From Basidiobolus meristosporus CBS 931.73 (Eukaryota; Fungi; Basidiobolomycota), in the NCBI GenBank assembly GCA_002104905.1, contig MCFE01000179.1, positions 62,001 through 126,000 of the forward strand: a DNA stretch of 64,000 nucleotides, written 5' to 3'. The position numbers and the translations under genes were made by a program. The notes under the pieces are model-generated. The model searched no databases. It was not told where the DNA came from and saw nothing but the letters and a program-made list of their open reading frames with translations. Shown here piece by piece: positions 61,635 to 64,000 of the stretch. Every line of letters begins with the position of its first letter. The stretch's first letter is position 1.

Positions 61635-62978
61635 GGCGATACCTTCAACTAACTGAAAACGGGCGTCGATACGCTAAAAGAAAAAGTCGTCTCCCTTGAG
61701 GGGGTATTCAAGACCGAGTTAGTCGCGGCGATTGAACATCGTCTTCCCTGGTTCTTGGAATGGTTCTTATATCCAACGGCTGCCCGGTACCTGGCAATCA
61801 AATTACGATGGATTTCCTGAATGAATTCCTATCTAGGCAACCCATTAGTCGAGATAACGTTTTTGTCTGCTGTAACGTCGCACACGTATAGTTCTCTTCA
61901 TTATGTTTAGGTTTGGCACTCTGCTCAGTCGTAATTAGATGCGTTGAAGTTGTCCCTTTGAGCCCAATCATATCGACAGCGTAAGCATGGGAGAAGCTGG
62001 CAAAAACCAGCAGCTGCTCGCACCTACGGTGGCGAAACACACAAAAGTGGCGCCTGGCTTCATAGAGCAGATCTTGTCGTGGTAGCACCGCATTAATGAC
62101 CTTCAGCATTGGTTTTCTTAGGTGATCGATCCAGTGTTTGTACTAGTTTGCTACGAGAAAGGCATCCCCAGCCCTATTCTGCATCCCCTCCTGCCCATAC
62201 CCGTCTCATCTATGCTGGATATGGTGCAAAGCTTTCGGAATTTTCCAGTTTGATGGTAGGCCAAGCTAATTATACCGGCATCGCACATGTCGCAATCACC
62301 ACGCTGCATACTCCCAGAGCCTGAATGGAATGCCCTCCTATGAATAGGAGGACCATGTGCTCTGTGCGACGTGAGGCAGGTTCAATCACCAAACACAGTC
62401 GTTTCTTTAGGTTCAGTTCAGGTTGGGCAGCAGCAGATGGGTTGACCGTGCAACTGAGATGGAGCGATCTATGAGCTTTCATGGAAGCCGCCATGCACAT
62501 CCTTTCGAGATACGGCCATCCTATTCGTCGCCCGCGCTTACCACGAGCCGATCAGATCCATTATTGCGCATCAGCGCTGGGATCCGCGAGCTTCTTCCCG
62601 CGTGGATCCCCACCAGCCTCTCACTCAGGGCTGCGAATCCTGAACCGGTGGTCCCAACCGTGATTACACCCGCCCATTCGCTTGAACGTGTTGGACACCC
62701 CCACCCGATGGAGAAGTCGCTGAGCCCAAATCCGTGTTGGTGCCAAGGCGAATGGTACAATTGCACCGGTTGCGACGAATCGTACCGCCATTCGCCACCG
62801 CACATTGGGGGACAGATGGGAGAAATCCCAAATCACATCTGTGACACCAGGATTGATTTATATAATCGGGCGCCATCAACACCAGCACTCCATCCTTTGT
62901 CCCGGTGTGGCTCGTCAAGCGTATTTATATCGCATTTCTCCGTCGTCTTCTTGATAATCTTGGCCGCGAGAATTGATC

Positions 62979-64000
62979 ATGAGGAGGGAATTGCTATTTC
63001 TGATTGGTGTGCTGGCCAGCACCGCCTTCTCTGTTGACGAGAGGCTGCCGGTGGAGAGCACCGCTTCATTTCCTCATCGGTGCCCGAGCACCGACATCCC
63101 TCAACGATTCCTGCGAATTCTCTCCAACTCGGTCTCCCCCAAGACCGCCATTGTCTTTCCCGGCTCGAATGGGTACGTCAACGCCCTTCATCACTGGTCA
63201 GAAACTGCCCAGGTTCAATCGGCAGCCATAGTGCAGCCGGCCAACTCGAAGGACCTCTCCAACATCGTAAGTTCCATCAGACCCCTCTGACAGAGACTGT
63301 TATCATTGACTCGCCTCTCCAGATCGCTTTAGCATCGTCCTACAACATCGACTTTGCCGTCGCCTCCGGTGGGCACAACAACGACGGTGCCTCCTCGACC
63401 AAAGGCCTGCTCATCGACCTATCGAGATTCAACGAGGTGCGTGTGTCCAGCAATAAAAAAGAGGTCACCGTAGGGGCAGGCCTGCGATGGGGCAAAGTAT
63501 ATGACCGTATCGCTCCTTACAACATCTCGCTGGTCGGCGGAAGAGTTAGCACCGTGGGTGTGGGCGGATTTACCCTGGGTGGTGGCTACGGGTGGAAGAC
63601 CGGCAAGTACGGTCTTGCCGCAGATACCATTATCAGAGCGGAGATGGTGCTGGCAAACGGTAGGATCGTAACTGTGTCTTCGACAGAAAACCCAGACTTG
63701 TATTTTGCTATCCGAGGCGGTGGAGGACAGTTTGGTGTCGTAACCAAATTCGTCTTTAGAGCGCTGCCACAGAAGAACCCGGTATTCTCCGGATTCTACT
63801 TCTACAGCAAAGACCAAGTCCAGGCTGTGGCCAAAACCATGGAAAAATGGGTTGCAACAAACAAAGATGAAAAGGCGAACCTGATGCTGATCTTCGCCAA
63901 GCCACCTCCTAGTTTTGATGTAAGTGTTGGCCTTTGGCCTGCGGAGTTGCCTGGTGATGTGGGATCCTACTAATCAATGCCTCCACCCAGCCCGTTCCCG
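62979..64000 (+). CDS. Secreted FAD-linked oxidoreductase (FAD-binding PCMH / berberine-bridge-enzyme-like), partial (exons 62979-63266, 63323-63919, 63991 to beyond the window)
   Basis: Signal peptide; AIVQPANSKDL; FAVASGGH (covalent-FAD His); LLIDLSRFN; VTVGAG; VGVGGFTLGGG; DLYFAIRGGGGQFGVVT. Confidence 0.92.

Noticed and set aside
50041-64000. Secondary-metabolite gene cluster (tyrosinase plus FAD oxidase)
   Set aside because: No PKS, NRPS, terpene synthase or transporter in the window, and housekeeping phosphatases intervene.

Overview
Eukaryotic DNA, most likely from an early-diverging fungus with a large, TE-inflated genome (Zoopagomycota/Mucoromycota-like; taxon is inference). It has two sharply different compartments. 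(1) ~1-48.5 kb is a nested transposon graveyard almost devoid of CpG. It holds two Ty1/copia families with half-tRNA-iMet primer sites, four solo LTRs, and many degenerate copies of a Tnp2/Transposase_21 (CACTA/CMC-like) DNA transposon carrying a divergent second ORF. (2) ~49.9-64 kb is CpG-normal and gene-rich, with intron-containing genes: secreted tyrosinase, small S/T-rich secreted protein, MAPK-type dual-specificity phosphatase, myotubularin, 7TM receptor-like protein, and an FAD-linked oxidase that runs off the end. The most striking observation is a pair of related 1.2-1.6 kb solo LTRs carrying different cargo at the same U3 position. One cargo is a ~550 bp intronless fragment made of the end of a HIRAN-domain gene and the start of a MutS gene resembling giant-virus MutS7. 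All assignments come from manual motif reading and manual alignment; no database searches were run.
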